In this document: positions 45,862-55,015 of the stretch, in pieces
Numbering within the stretch: position 1 is the stretch's first letter
Layout of the letters: every line of letters starts with the position of its first letter
Assembly: GCA_025059045.1 (NCBI GenBank)
Contig: JANXEA010000014.1
Coordinates: forward strand, 43,569 to 107,568
DNA: 64,000 nt
DNA from: Candidatus Bathyarchaeota archaeon
GTDB lineage: Archaea; Thermoproteota; Bathyarchaeia; Bathyarchaeales; DTEX01
Direction of reading: 5' to 3'
The notes under the pieces: model-generated
Database searches by the model: none
What the model was told of the DNA's origin: nothing
The model's input: the letters and a program-made list of their open reading frames with translations, nothing else
Translations under genes and position numbers: made by a program

Positions 45862-46287
45862 TTAATGTCTCCGCTTCTTTTTGAACGGTCTGCTCTCGGA
45901 TAGGTGCCATGGAACCTGTATGTACGTCTTTTCTGAGAGGTTATTCTTTGTGTTAACCTTCAAATCTTCCCCGCTTATTCGCCGTATTAAGCCGCCTCTA
46001 GCCACGTTCAGTCTTAATCGGCCCTTGTATAGTGTTGTGTAGGCCCCTCTGACTTCGATCACCTCGTTTACCACGGGCTTTAGGGATGTGTTATCGCGAA
46101 GGGTTAGGATGACTGTTCCAGTCTCGTCGCCTACAAGCACCTCCGTAACCAGCCGTTGCCTTGTAATCCCCTTCGCCGGGATCGAGAATGTTGGGAAAAT
46201 GCTCACGACCTTTACAATGAGGTTTAGGTCTTGGAAGTTGGGTTTTAGGCTGGCGACATTCACGTATTCTGTTGGTGTGAAACCCAT
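45862..46287 (-). CDS. ssb: Single-OB-fold ssDNA-binding protein (Sulfolobus SSB-like)
   Basis: From memory it is co-linear with crenarchaeal SSB: 'LKPN...LNLIVKV', 'VGDETGTVILTL' and 'VIEVRGAYTTLYKGRLRLNV'. It has a basic C-terminal tail. Confidence 0.7.
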   Translation of the reverse strand: MGFTPTEYVNVASLKPNFQDLNLIVKVVSIFPTFSIPAKGITRQRLVTEVLVGDETGTVILTLRDNTSLKPVVNEVIEVRGAYTTLYKGRLRLNVARGGLIRRISGEDLKVNTKNNLSEKTYIQVPWHLSESRPFKKKRRH

Positions 46288-46347
46288 ATTTGACAGCTTC
46301 TTTAGAGGAGAGTATTGTGTTCGCCTAATTAAGAATATTGATGGGAT

Positions 46348-47490
46348 TTATGAGAAGAGGACCGTAATCATTTCTCTCCTTTTCTGCCTTATTCCGATGA
46401 TGATTTCTTTAACCCTTCTGAGAGCCTCCTCCACATAGGCTTCTCTTACATCCTCAACCCCGAAAGCTTCTACGGCCCCTTTATAGATGATGCTTGGCGA
46501 TGCCACGGAATCCTCTAAGAATCGGAATAGTGTTGTGAAGTCAAATCTCCTATTCTCGATTACGGAGACAAGCCACGCAAAGTTCTCGAGCATGTGGAGG
46601 GAGCTTGAAATCATGTAGTGAGCGGCCTCTTCGAAGTAGGCGTCCTCTATGAGAGATTGCGCACGGTTAAAGAATCCCTTCCAAAAACTCTCCCTGCAAT
46701 AATAGTTCAGCGAGTTCATAACCTTATGGTGCAGGGTCTTCACTGTTGAGGAATTTGAATGGACGAAGCCTGAAGCTGCTTTCCACACGTCGGTTAGAGA
46801 TGAGAGGATCCGCTCGCATCCCTGCTCTTCAGCTTGGGTGAGCGACGATATTCTAAGGTAATCTTCTAGGAGCTTGGAGGCTTCAAACCGCTCAGCCGAT
46901 GACTTTACATGCTTGACGAAGCGGCTATTTGAAATCGGCAGCCTGTTCAGCTCTATTAGAATCTTCATCGTTGCATCTAGTGCCGCTGCCGCACTTACCT
47001 TAGCGCTCTTAAGGTCACCCTTATTGTAGGATGAGAAGCCTCTGCTCAGGTATATGTCCGCTTCAGTAAGATAATCCATTGTGCGCAGATCTATTCTTTC
47101 AGGCTTGCGGTAGGTATTCAGAATCAGCTCTTTGACCTTGGCAAGCTTCGCTTTACGGTCGAAGAGAATCTCAGCCTCAAATAGTTTTTGATCTATCTCG
47201 GGAGGGTTCTCCCTTAGAACCCATCTCTCCGGGACGAAGTCTAAATCTATAAAGAAACCGTCGATCTCAGCGCGCTCCACATACTCATAGCCGAGATTCC
47301 TAGAATCCACAATTAATAGGTCTATGTCGCTGCTTGACACTGCTTCGCCTCTGCTCCAGCTTCCGAAAAGGCAGACCCCTGATATGCTATCTCTAGCCTT
47401 CAGATCGTCTAGAAGTTCTTGGATTACTGAACCGACTTTCTCCGGCCAATCTCCCAATCTTTTCCCTCGCCGCATTCTAGCTCTCGTCAT
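46348..47490 (-). CDS. Pol-beta-superfamily nucleotidyltransferase domain protein with long helical C-terminal region
   Basis: The N-terminal minimal NTase motif is 'GSWSRGEAVSSSDIDLLIV' (GS...DxD). The remaining 270 aa or so are predicted helical. Confidence 0.6.
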   Translation of the reverse strand: MTRARMRRGKRLGDWPEKVGSVIQELLDDLKARDSISGVCLFGSWSRGEAVSSSDIDLLIVDSRNLGYEYVERAEIDGFFIDLDFVPERWVLRENPPEIDQKLFEAEILFDRKAKLAKVKELILNTYRKPERIDLRTMDYLTEADIYLSRGFSSYNKGDLKSAKVSAAAALDATMKILIELNRLPISNSRFVKHVKSSAERFEASKLLEDYLRISSLTQAEEQGCERILSSLTDVWKAASGFVHSNSSTVKTLHHKVMNSLNYYCRESFWKGFFNRAQSLIEDAYFEEAAHYMISSSLHMLENFAWLVSVIENRRFDFTTLFRFLEDSVASPSIIYKGAVEAFGVEDVREAYVEEALRRVKEIIIGIRQKRREMITVLFS

Positions 47491-47593
47491 TCTAGTATAA
47501 AAGTTTCAACCCTTTATGTAGTTTTTACGGGCAGAGGAGACTTTTCATCATGTTGAGTGCTGCCTGTTTGGTCATATAAATATTTAGGCCGAC

Positions 47594-47610
47594 CGAAAAA
47601 TTTAAATATT
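47594..47610 (+). promoter_or_regulatory. Consensus-like archaeal BRE/TATA element (CGAAAAATTTAAATATT)
   Basis: A purine-rich BRE followed by TTTAAATA, lying 127-143 nt upstream of the first tfb ATG. Confidence 0.5.
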
Positions 47611-47736
47611 AGAAGCCCCGCATAGTATCGGTCAAAACGGGGCTAATGAGCTAACTGATGATTCGGATCTCCCGGAGAACGGGAGGTGAAGAATCACGTT
47701 TTGTGAGGTTATCCGTTTTACTCTTTAGGCATAATA

Positions 47737-48696
47737 ATGGAGGGTATGACCGAGATGGAGAAGAAGGAACTTCAGCCTCAGAGGCAGATAATGGCCAGCA
47801 AGTGTCCAGAATGTGAGAGTACAAACCTAATTCACGATTACGATAGTGGAGAGACCATATGCGGTAATTGCGGGCTCGTTGTGCAGGACATTATGATGGA
47901 TGAGGGGCCTGAGTGGAGAGCGTTTACACAGGAGGAGAAGGAGTCCCGCAGCAGAGTTGGCATACCCACCTCATACTCGGTCCATGACAAGGGGTTATCA
48001 ACGTCTATAGATAGGATTGACCGCGACGCGTTTGGCAGGAAGCTTCCACTATCGACGAGGCTCCAGATGTGGCGCCTGAGGAAGTGGCAGATAAGATCTA
48101 GGGTTCACTCATCTATAGATAGGAATCTTGCTCAGGCAATGACTGAACTTGACCGCCTATCAGATAAGGTTTCAGCACCCTCAGCGGTTAAGGAGAAGGC
48201 TGCGCTCATATACCGCAAAGCATTGGATGAGGGTCTTGTTAGAGGAAGGTCTATCGCCGCTATCGCGGCCGCTTCCCTCTATGCAGCCTGCAGGGCGACT
48301 GGCACGCCTAGAAATTTGAGGGAGATTGCAAGAGCAAGCTTGGTTAAGAAGAAGGATGTTGCTAGATGCTATAGGCTTCTGCTGCGTAAGCTTGATATTC
48401 AGATGCCGATCGCTGATCCCATCATATACATATCAAAAATATCTGAGAAAGCAGCGATACCGGGTCACATACAGTCGATAGCTGTTCAAATCTTGAGCGA
48501 GGCTAAAGAAAAAAATATTTCTGCGGGAAAGGATCCGATGGGGCTTGCCGCAGCGACTCTTTATATCGCATGTAAGAGGGCCGGCGAAAAGAAGACCCAG
48601 AAGGAGATCGCTGACGCTGCAGGCGTCACAGAGGTCACTGTTAGGAATAGGTTTAAGAATCTTAAGAAGCTGCTGAACCTGGAAATCCCTGATTAG
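47737..48696 (+). CDS. tfb: Transcription initiation factor IIB (TFB)
   Basis: Zinc ribbon 'CPECES...CGNCG', B-reader/linker and two cyclin folds ('GRSIAAIAAASLYAACR', 'DPMGLAAATLYIACK'). The exact start is ambiguous among three nearby ATGs (47737, 47746, 47755). Confidence 0.95.
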   Translation: MEGMTEMEKKELQPQRQIMASKCPECESTNLIHDYDSGETICGNCGLVVQDIMMDEGPEWRAFTQEEKESRSRVGIPTSYSVHDKGLSTSIDRIDRDAFGRKLPLSTRLQMWRLRKWQIRSRVHSSIDRNLAQAMTELDRLSDKVSAPSAVKEKAALIYRKALDEGLVRGRSIAAIAAASLYAACRATGTPRNLREIARASLVKKKDVARCYRLLLRKLDIQMPIADPIIYISKISEKAAIPGHIQSIAVQILSEAKEKNISAGKDPMGLAAATLYIACKRAGEKKTQKEIADAAGVTEVTVRNRFKNLKKLLNLEIPD

Positions 48697-48926
48697 ACTT
48701 CAGATTTATCCTCGTTACCCATCTTCTTTTCTATTTCTAAAATTAGTGGGCCAATATAGCCGCATTCTAGGCAGATGTATCTTGTCGGAATGAGCCAAGC
48801 GTCAAGTTTGCTGGACAATTTAATGTTGACGCTTCCACAGCGTGGGCAAGCTTTTATGGTGGTGGATGTCGGGGAACGATGCGCAATAATTCTAAATAGC
48901 GATCTTATTCGCTTAAGCACCTTCAT
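48693..48926 (-). CDS. Small zinc-ribbon hypothetical protein
   Basis: 77 aa with 'CPRCGS...CLECGY'. It is convergent with tfb and overlaps it by 4 nt. Confidence 0.45.
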   Translation of the reverse strand: MKVLKRIRSLFRIIAHRSPTSTTIKACPRCGSVNIKLSSKLDAWLIPTRYICLECGYIGPLILEIEKKMGNEDKSEV

Positions 48927-48950
48927 GAGAGATTCTTCTCGCCAGACTGC

Positions 48951-49259
48951 CTATTGCACTTCGATATTTTCTTCAGGGTAACCCATTTTAATGAGAAACT
49001 CGTATGCCTTTTCTCTTTGGTCCCCCTGCAGCATTATCTGCCCATTCTTGGCTGTTCCACCGCAGGCGCAGAAGCTTTTTAATTTCTGCGCGAGCCTTCC
49101 GAGGTCAATGTCTTTACTGTCTATGCCGTCGATAATCGTCATTGGTCTATTGAACTTTCTTGTCTCCGCCCGGACAATAATTTTCTGCTGCTCCTTACTG
49201 ATCTCTCCACAAACACAGATGTCCTTAGGAAGACCACACTTTGGACAGATGTCAACCAT
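48951..49259 (-). CDS. sui1: Translation initiation factor aSUI1 (eIF1 homologue)
   Basis: 102 aa. N-terminal 'CPKCGLPKDICVCG', then the SUI1 fold segment 'IIVRAETRKFNRPMTIIDGI...LKSFCACGGT'. Confidence 0.85.
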   Translation of the reverse strand: MVDICPKCGLPKDICVCGEISKEQQKIIVRAETRKFNRPMTIIDGIDSKDIDLGRLAQKLKSFCACGGTAKNGQIMLQGDQREKAYEFLIKMGYPEENIEVQ

Positions 49260-49340
49260 TACTCTGGTCTTTGCTCCTTTATCGCCTCAACCAATATAGA
49301 TGATTGGGGGATATTTAAGACTTTAGGGTTTGACCACTCT

Positions 49341-50534
49341 TCATAGTGGTGGAAGAGACCTTAATTGTTCGAGGACGTATCCGCGGATTTCTTGAGGGGT
49401 GGGCAGCTCGCACGCTATCTTTCCATCTTTTATGAGTGGTTTAAGCATTGGGTAAGTTAAGCCGCCGCATCTTGGGCATTTTGGAGACTGCTCGGATGAT
49501 GGTTGCACAGTGTCCGCGAAGCATTTTTTGCACCGCCAGACCTGTTTCTTCCCGCTTAATTTCCCCCTTTTAGCCGCATATCTTCCCTCGACTTCCACAA
49601 TGTCCATTGCGAAGTCAACTGTTGGGGCGTTGCTTATAGATGTCCCCACACCAAAGGCCTCGGCGCCAGCATCTCTCAGAATTCTGATTGACTCCTCGTC
49701 TAGGCCTCCTGAGACAAAGATCTTCACATGCTTATATCCTCGGAGGTCAAGTTCCCATCTTACTTCGCGCACAATCTCGGCGAAGTTCCCTTTACGCGAC
49801 ATTGGGGTATCTAACCTTACGCCGTAGAGCCTATCTTTTAGAGCATCTGCCGCCATAATGGCCTCAACCTTCTCGTCTAGGTATGTGTCCACTAGACAGA
49901 TTCTCGGCACATCCTCCGGCATCAGTTCATCAAATGATCTCCAAGCTTCTATCTGGCTTCCCAACGCTACGATTAGGGCGTGCGGCATGGTTCCGCTCGG
50001 CTTGATTCCGATGCGTTCAGCCCCTATCACGCTTGACACTCCATCAAGCCCGCCGATGTAGGAGGATCTGTCAAGCATAGGCGCTATTGCCGGATGCATC
50101 CTGCGTATGCCGAAGGCGATGACTAGCTTATCTCCCGCAACCTTTCTCACCCTCGCAGATTGTGTTGCAACTCCAGTAGACTGGCAGAGCATGCCGAGCA
50201 TCGGGGTTTCTAGGAGACAGAACTCGCCATATGGCCCCTCAACATATAGGACTGGTTCCCTAAAGCCCCTGTAATCATGTGGGAAGAAGATTGTTCCTTC
50301 CGGCATCGCGTACACGTTAACTGGGCATCCCTCAAAGAGGTTGGCGACCTCCTCAATCCCGCATAGGACTGCCCATTCCCATCCCTTCGGTAATCCTCCG
50401 GCAGTTACCTCCGCCACAACATTAACCCTATCCTTCTTCTTGGCTTGTAGAATCTGCTTCGTCCTTACGAAGTATATGTCTGTTGTCTTCCCATTCTTTA
50501 TCTCTTCGTCGTCAGCGTAATAGAAGCGCCTCAA
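49341..50534 (-). CDS. Nicotinate phosphoribosyltransferase-family protein with C-terminal zinc ribbon
   Basis: 397 aa. NAPRT-like N-terminus ('TDIYFVRTKQIL') and a barrel with 'GVRLDTP' and 'IFVSGGLD'. The C-terminal ribbon reads 'CKKC...CPRCGG'. Confidence 0.8.
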   Translation of the reverse strand: MRRFYYADDEEIKNGKTTDIYFVRTKQILQAKKKDRVNVVAEVTAGGLPKGWEWAVLCGIEEVANLFEGCPVNVYAMPEGTIFFPHDYRGFREPVLYVEGPYGEFCLLETPMLGMLCQSTGVATQSARVRKVAGDKLVIAFGIRRMHPAIAPMLDRSSYIGGLDGVSSVIGAERIGIKPSGTMPHALIVALGSQIEAWRSFDELMPEDVPRICLVDTYLDEKVEAIMAADALKDRLYGVRLDTPMSRKGNFAEIVREVRWELDLRGYKHVKIFVSGGLDEESIRILRDAGAEAFGVGTSISNAPTVDFAMDIVEVEGRYAAKRGKLSGKKQVWRCKKCFADTVQPSSEQSPKCPRCGGLTYPMLKPLIKDGKIACELPTPQEIRGYVLEQLRSLPPL

Positions 50535-50690
50535 ATTCTACACCTATCCGAATGGGTATTGATTGAGAAGGATATGTCAGTCTGGCCTTAAAAACTTGTT
50601 TTCCTACGCATATGTGCGGCTTGGATGCGGATGATGTAGAGTGGAATAAAAATATAGGGATACTAGGCTGTTATGTTTTCGATTGGTGTT

Positions 50691-51611
50691 CTATGCTTCC
50701 CCACAAAGGGAAGTGATCCGTTTCCAGTTCTCGTCAACCCATCTTTGGATGACTTCGACCTCATGTTGAAACTCAGGTGTGAATAGGTGTCTAAATCTGC
50801 CCTGAACCTTAAGGAATTCTGAGACCGGTTTAGGCGTCGGAACCTTTATGTTAAGTTTATACCTTCCTCTCTCAAACTCGTAGACTGGCCAGTATCGTGT
50901 TTGGACGGCAAGTCTTGCCACCTCAATACTCTTGTCAGAGTCGAATCTCATTCCTAGAGGGCATGGTGAAAACACGTGGATGACTGCCGGCCCCTTCACG
51001 TCAAGAGCCTTCTGAACTTTTGTTATGTAATCGTTCCAGTAGGCAGGTGAAGCTGTCGCCGCATATTCTATGCCATGGGCCACGCATATGCCTATAAGAT
51101 CCTTCTTGAACTCGGGTTTCCCGGGGATCACCCTTCCAGCCGGGCTTGTCGTAGTTGATGCTCCATGTGGTGTCGCTCCGGATCTCTGGATCCCAGTGTT
51201 CATGTAGGCTTCGTTGTCATAGCATATGTAAACGAGGTCGTGCCCTCTTTCCATGGCGCCTGACAGCGCCTGGATTCCTATGTCGAAGGTTCCACCGTCG
51301 CCTGCGAATGCTATAACATCAACATCCTTATTCCAGGCTTCCCTCTTGGACAGGGCTTTGACGGCGGATTCTATGCCTGAGGCGACGGCTGCTGCATTCT
51401 CGAAGGCGATGTGGACCCATGGGATTCTCCATGAGGTGTATGGGTAGATGGTGGATGAGACCTCTAAGCATCCTGTCGCATTAACGGCTATCGTTGGTCT
51501 CTTAAGCGCCTTCATAGTCATACGTACAATTATTCCGGCGCCGCATCCAGCGCAGAGTCTATGCCCAGAAGTGAAGAGCTCCTCCGTCGTCAGCTCCTTT
51601 AATGTGACCAT
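50691..51611 (-). CDS. porB: 2-oxoacid (pyruvate-type):ferredoxin oxidoreductase, beta (TPP-binding) subunit
   Basis: Motifs 'CAGCGAG' and the TPP motif 'AFAGDGGTFDIG...NEAYMNTG'. It abuts the porA stop directly. Confidence 0.9.
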   Translation of the reverse strand: MVTLKELTTEELFTSGHRLCAGCGAGIIVRMTMKALKRPTIAVNATGCLEVSSTIYPYTSWRIPWVHIAFENAAAVASGIESAVKALSKREAWNKDVDVIAFAGDGGTFDIGIQALSGAMERGHDLVYICYDNEAYMNTGIQRSGATPHGASTTTSPAGRVIPGKPEFKKDLIGICVAHGIEYAATASPAYWNDYITKVQKALDVKGPAVIHVFSPCPLGMRFDSDKSIEVARLAVQTRYWPVYEFERGRYKLNIKVPTPKPVSEFLKVQGRFRHLFTPEFQHEVEVIQRWVDENWKRITSLCGEA

Positions 51612-52790
51612 CTATTCTCTCACCCCAACAAATTTTACTGGCTCATTCACTTTTCCAGTCTTGGATACTTCAAGGCCTTCCTCGAAGAGGCCTCTAATGT
51701 CGGATGGTGCGATATCTCTTCCTCCTAGCCCATATACGACGTTAATCACCTTCAATTCCCTCTCCGCCTGATATAGAGCCGAGATAACGTCGCTGCAGAG
51801 TGGGTTGTAGGGTGCTCCGAAGCTGCAGGCCCTGTCCAGAACTATTAGGGCCTTCAGGTTTTCGGTTGCCTTGACGATCTCCTCGGCTGGGAATGGTCTA
51901 TATATCCAGGGCTTTATGACGCCTACCTTGAAGCCTTTCTTGCGCATGCTGTCCGCCACATATTTTGTTGTTCCAGCGGTGCTTCCGAGGCAGAGTATTG
52001 CTACTTCAGCATCCCCAATTCCGAAGGTGTCAATAATCCCGTACTTTCTTCCAGAAATCTGCTCGTATGCCTCATTAACTGAGCTTATGACCCCCTTTGA
52101 TTCCTTGATGGCCTCGACTTGCTGGCGTTTCATCTCGAAGTAGTAGTCTGTGAGGCATAGTGCGCCCACGGTTATGGGTTTGGCAGGATCAAGCGTTATC
52201 TCAGCCTTTCTTGTTGAAACAAAACTGTCAACTGCCTTATCGTCTAGGGTCTTTACACCTTCGAGGGCGTGGGAGAGGATGAAGCCGTCTATGTTGACAC
52301 TGACTGGGAGTAGCGCTTTTTTGTCCTCAGCTATCCTGAAGGCTTGAATTGTCCAGTCATAGGCTTCCTGCACATTCTCCGCGTATATCTGAATCCAGCC
52401 GCAGTCTCGGGAGCCCATCATGTCCGAGTGGTCGCCGTGAATGTTAATGGGCGCTGAAAGTGCGCGGTTGACGACACCCATGACTATTGGGCACCTTAGG
52501 CCAGAGGCGATATAGAGCATTTCATGCATTAGTGCTAAGCCCTGGCTTGAAGTTGCTGTGAAGACTCGCGCTCCAGTTAGGCTTGCGCCTATGCAGGCTG
52601 AGAGAGCTGAATGCTCAGATTCTACGCATATGAACTCTGTCTTTACTTCACCGTTATGAACGTACTCGCTGAAGGCTTCGACGATTATCGTCTGCGGTGT
52701 TATGGGGTAGGCTGCGACGACGTCTACGTTGCACTGCTTAACCGCGTAGGCTATCGCTTCATCGCCTGTTAAACCGATAAGTTTACTCAT
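51612..52790 (-). CDS. porA: 2-oxoacid:ferredoxin oxidoreductase, alpha subunit
   Basis: 'LTGDEAIAYAVKQCNVDVVAAYPITPQT' is the typical alpha N-terminus. I place the start at the ATG at 52790 ('MSKLIGL'), which is preceded by GAGGTGA and lies 2 nt after the porD stop. The ORF-track start at 52835 would overlap porD by 43 nt. Confidence 0.9.
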   Translation of the reverse strand: MSKLIGLTGDEAIAYAVKQCNVDVVAAYPITPQTIIVEAFSEYVHNGEVKTEFICVESEHSALSACIGASLTGARVFTATSSQGLALMHEMLYIASGLRCPIVMGVVNRALSAPINIHGDHSDMMGSRDCGWIQIYAENVQEAYDWTIQAFRIAEDKKALLPVSVNIDGFILSHALEGVKTLDDKAVDSFVSTRKAEITLDPAKPITVGALCLTDYYFEMKRQQVEAIKESKGVISSVNEAYEQISGRKYGIIDTFGIGDAEVAILCLGSTAGTTKYVADSMRKKGFKVGVIKPWIYRPFPAEEIVKATENLKALIVLDRACSFGAPYNPLCSDVISALYQAERELKVINVVYGLGGRDIAPSDIRGLFEEGLEVSKTGKVNEPVKFVGVRE

Positions 52791-52792
52791 GC

Positions 52793-53098
52793 TCACCTCT
52801 TCTCCTCTATCATCGTTATCGCCTTGACTGGGCACTCATTTGCACATATGCCGCATCCTTTACAGTAATCTAGATCTACGGTGACGTGTTTTTCTAAGCG
52901 TTTTATCGCCCCGTCTGGGCAGTATATCCAGCATATGAGGCAGTTGACGCATTTATTCGTGTCTATTACTGGTCTGAAGGCTCTCCAGTCTCCGGTCTTA
53001 TACTTCGTTGCGGAACCTGGCTCCAAGAGTATGCCGCCGATGGGAACAGTTTTCCAACCGGGTTTCTTCTCTTCACCCAACGATCTTCGCCTCCTCAT
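52793..53098 (-). CDS. porD: 2-oxoacid:ferredoxin oxidoreductase, delta (2x[4Fe-4S]) subunit
   Basis: Cluster motifs 'CVNCLICWIYCP' and 'CKGCGICANECP'. Confidence 0.9.
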   Translation of the reverse strand: MRRRRSLGEEKKPGWKTVPIGGILLEPGSATKYKTGDWRAFRPVIDTNKCVNCLICWIYCPDGAIKRLEKHVTVDLDYCKGCGICANECPVKAITMIEEKR

Positions 53099-53630
53099 AT
53101 GCTCTGGCTATAGCCGCTATGTTCTTTTCGCCTACGGCTCCTGGAAACCTTTCCCTAATCACCCTGTTGATTGACTCTAGGGTTACAAGTTTGACGCCCC
53201 TAGCAAGTGCTCCTAGCATCGCAGTATTGTATATTGGTCTTCCAAGAATATCGAGCGCGATTCTGACCGCGTCGACCGTGCAGACTCGGGCATTCCTAAC
53301 CCCAAGTCTCCTCCCGAGTTCTTCAGGTTGTTTATCAGTATTCGCGATTATCGTTCCATTCTCAACCAGCCCCTTTGTCACGTCTATGGCGCCGATCAGT
53401 GTTGGGTCAACCACGACCACGATGTTCGGCATATATATGTGACTGTGGATGGTTATCGGTTCATCTGATATTCGCGTGTACCCTGTGACCGGTGCTCCTC
53501 TCCTCTCAGGGCCGAACTCTGGGAATGCCTGAACATATTTGCCGTCATATAAGCCTGCATATGCTAGGAGCCGGCTTACGGTGACTATTCCCTGTCCTCC
53601 TCTTCCATGCCACCTAATCTCGCTTAACAG
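53073..53630 (-). CDS. porG: 2-oxoacid:ferredoxin oxidoreductase, gamma subunit (start re-assigned; probable CTG start)
   Basis: The ORF track begins at an internal Met (53432). Hand translation of the same frame upstream is stop-free to 53666. It reads ...LLSEIRWHGRGGQGIVTVSRLLAYAGLYDGKYVQAFPEFGPERRGAPVTGYTRISDEPITIHSHIY-MPNIVVV..., which is the conserved gamma N-terminus with its 'GRGGQG' motif. No ATG/GTG/TTG is available. A CTG at 53630-53628 lies 7 nt downstream of GGAGGG. Confidence 0.75.
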   Translation of the reverse strand: MLSEIRWHGRGGQGIVTVSRLLAYAGLYDGKYVQAFPEFGPERRGAPVTGYTRISDEPITIHSHIYMPNIVVVVDPTLIGAIDVTKGLVENGTIIANTDKQPEELGRRLGVRNARVCTVDAVRIALDILGRPIYNTAMLGALARGVKLVTLESINRVIRERFPGAVGEKNIAAIARAYEEAKIVG

Positions 53631-53718
53631 GTAAGCGCCCTCCTGTACGCGTTTTTCACTCCAGGTTTATGGTTAATGGGAAATACATCAAACTTATAAC
53701 TTTACCTATAAGTGAACG

Positions 53719-54882
53719 TTATTCACTCCTTTTACAGAGTGCTGTCTGGAGGAGGAGCACGAGGAAGCTGAGGGTGAAGCTGAATAGGTATGGCGCGTTT
53801 CGGGCGGATTCTGAGAGGGTTCCGCCTATCAGAGGCCCGATGACGTATCCCAGCCCAATGAGACTTTCGAATATTCCTGCTGCGTAAGCTTTTGATTGGC
53901 TCCATAGTCTGAAGAGCGATGATATTGAGGCCGCATAGGATAGGCCTGCGCCGAAACCGTAGACTATGAAACAGAAGGTGAAAGATTGGGGGGTTGAGGC
54001 CTGTGAGGTGATGAGGGATGCGGTGGCGAGGGATAATGATCCAAGAAGGAACATTCCGTTCTTTCCAATCTTTGCCTCTATCCTCGTTGCTTTTAGGAAT
54101 GTGAGGACCCTCGCGGCGCCGAATGAGAATGTTATGAAGCCGATCTCATATGGCGGAAAGTTCAAATCTGTTGCGTGGTATGGGAAGAGGCAGGTTATTA
54201 TCCCAACCGTTGTGGAGAAGAGGATGATTGATGCGAATGCAAGGTTGGCGGATCTCATCTCCCTTTTTAGCATCATATTGAATGAGGCCCTCTCATGCTC
54301 TTTCTTCTGCTCCATAATGAAAATAAGGCTTAGGATGCCTAGGGGTATTGAAAGGACTGTTGAGAATATGAAGGGCGAGAGTATAGAAAACCTTTCAATC
54401 AGCATTCCTCCTATTAGGGGGCCGAGCAGCATGGCTAAGCTCCAAGAAATATTGAACTTCCTCAGCGTCTCTTCGAGTCTCTCACTATGAAGATCTGCAA
54501 TAAGCGCCTCTACTGATGGCCAGAAGATTGCGGCTGAAAGGCTTTCCAACCCTCTCACCATGATGAGTATTATTGAATCTTTGGTGAGACTGTAGAGTAT
54601 GCAGGAAAGCCCGAAAGAGAGGAGGGATAGGTAGACAAAACGTTTTCTTCCGAAACGGTCTGAAAGCATGCCTGAGATGAGCGGCATGAAGGAGTATATG
54701 AGACCGCCAGTCGAGCCTATGATGCCTACGAGGAAGGGCGAGGCCCTTAACATGTTTGCGTAGATTGGAACTGCTAGGCTTGTTACGCCTGCAAGCATTT
54801 GAAATGCGAATACGTCAAGATAGAGAAAGGTCTCTGAGATTCCGGATTTGGGATGCTCTGCATCTTCGCTGTTCACGCGCAT
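53719..54882 (-). CDS. Major facilitator superfamily transporter
   Basis: 387 aa with about 12 hydrophobic segments and the MFS loop-2/3 signature 'GMLSDRFGRKR'. Confidence 0.8.
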   Translation of the reverse strand: MRVNSEDAEHPKSGISETFLYLDVFAFQMLAGVTSLAVPIYANMLRASPFLVGIIGSTGGLIYSFMPLISGMLSDRFGRKRFVYLSLLSFGLSCILYSLTKDSIILIMVRGLESLSAAIFWPSVEALIADLHSERLEETLRKFNISWSLAMLLGPLIGGMLIERFSILSPFIFSTVLSIPLGILSLIFIMEQKKEHERASFNMMLKREMRSANLAFASIILFSTTVGIITCLFPYHATDLNFPPYEIGFITFSFGAARVLTFLKATRIEAKIGKNGMFLLGSLSLATASLITSQASTPQSFTFCFIVYGFGAGLSYAASISSLFRLWSQSKAYAAGIFESLIGLGYVIGPLIGGTLSESARNAPYLFSFTLSFLVLLLQTALCKRSE

Positions 54883-54970
54883 AAGTTAACAGGTTCAAGG
54901 CTATAAACAGATTTCTCTATTCCAGAAGAGAAAAAGTGTTAAGAAGTATGTGATACCTGTGGGTCTCGAG

Positions 54971-54976
54971 AAAAAA
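54971..54976 (-). terminator. Oligo-T run downstream of the thermosome gene
   Basis: A6 on the plus strand is T6 on the coding strand, about 40 nt after the thermosome stop. Archaeal terminators are oligo-T tracts. Confidence 0.35.
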
Positions 54977-55015
54977 GTGGGTGAAGAGCGGGGAATGTGC
55001 AAGATTTAGCGTTAT

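Noticed and set aside
51612-52835. An extended PorA N-terminus ('MPSQGDNDDRGEEVS...') as given by the ORF track.
   Set aside because: The extension would overlap porD by 43 nt and is not part of the conserved alpha subunit. The internal ATG at 52790 has a GAGGTGA Shine-Dalgarno sequence and gives the typical N-terminus.
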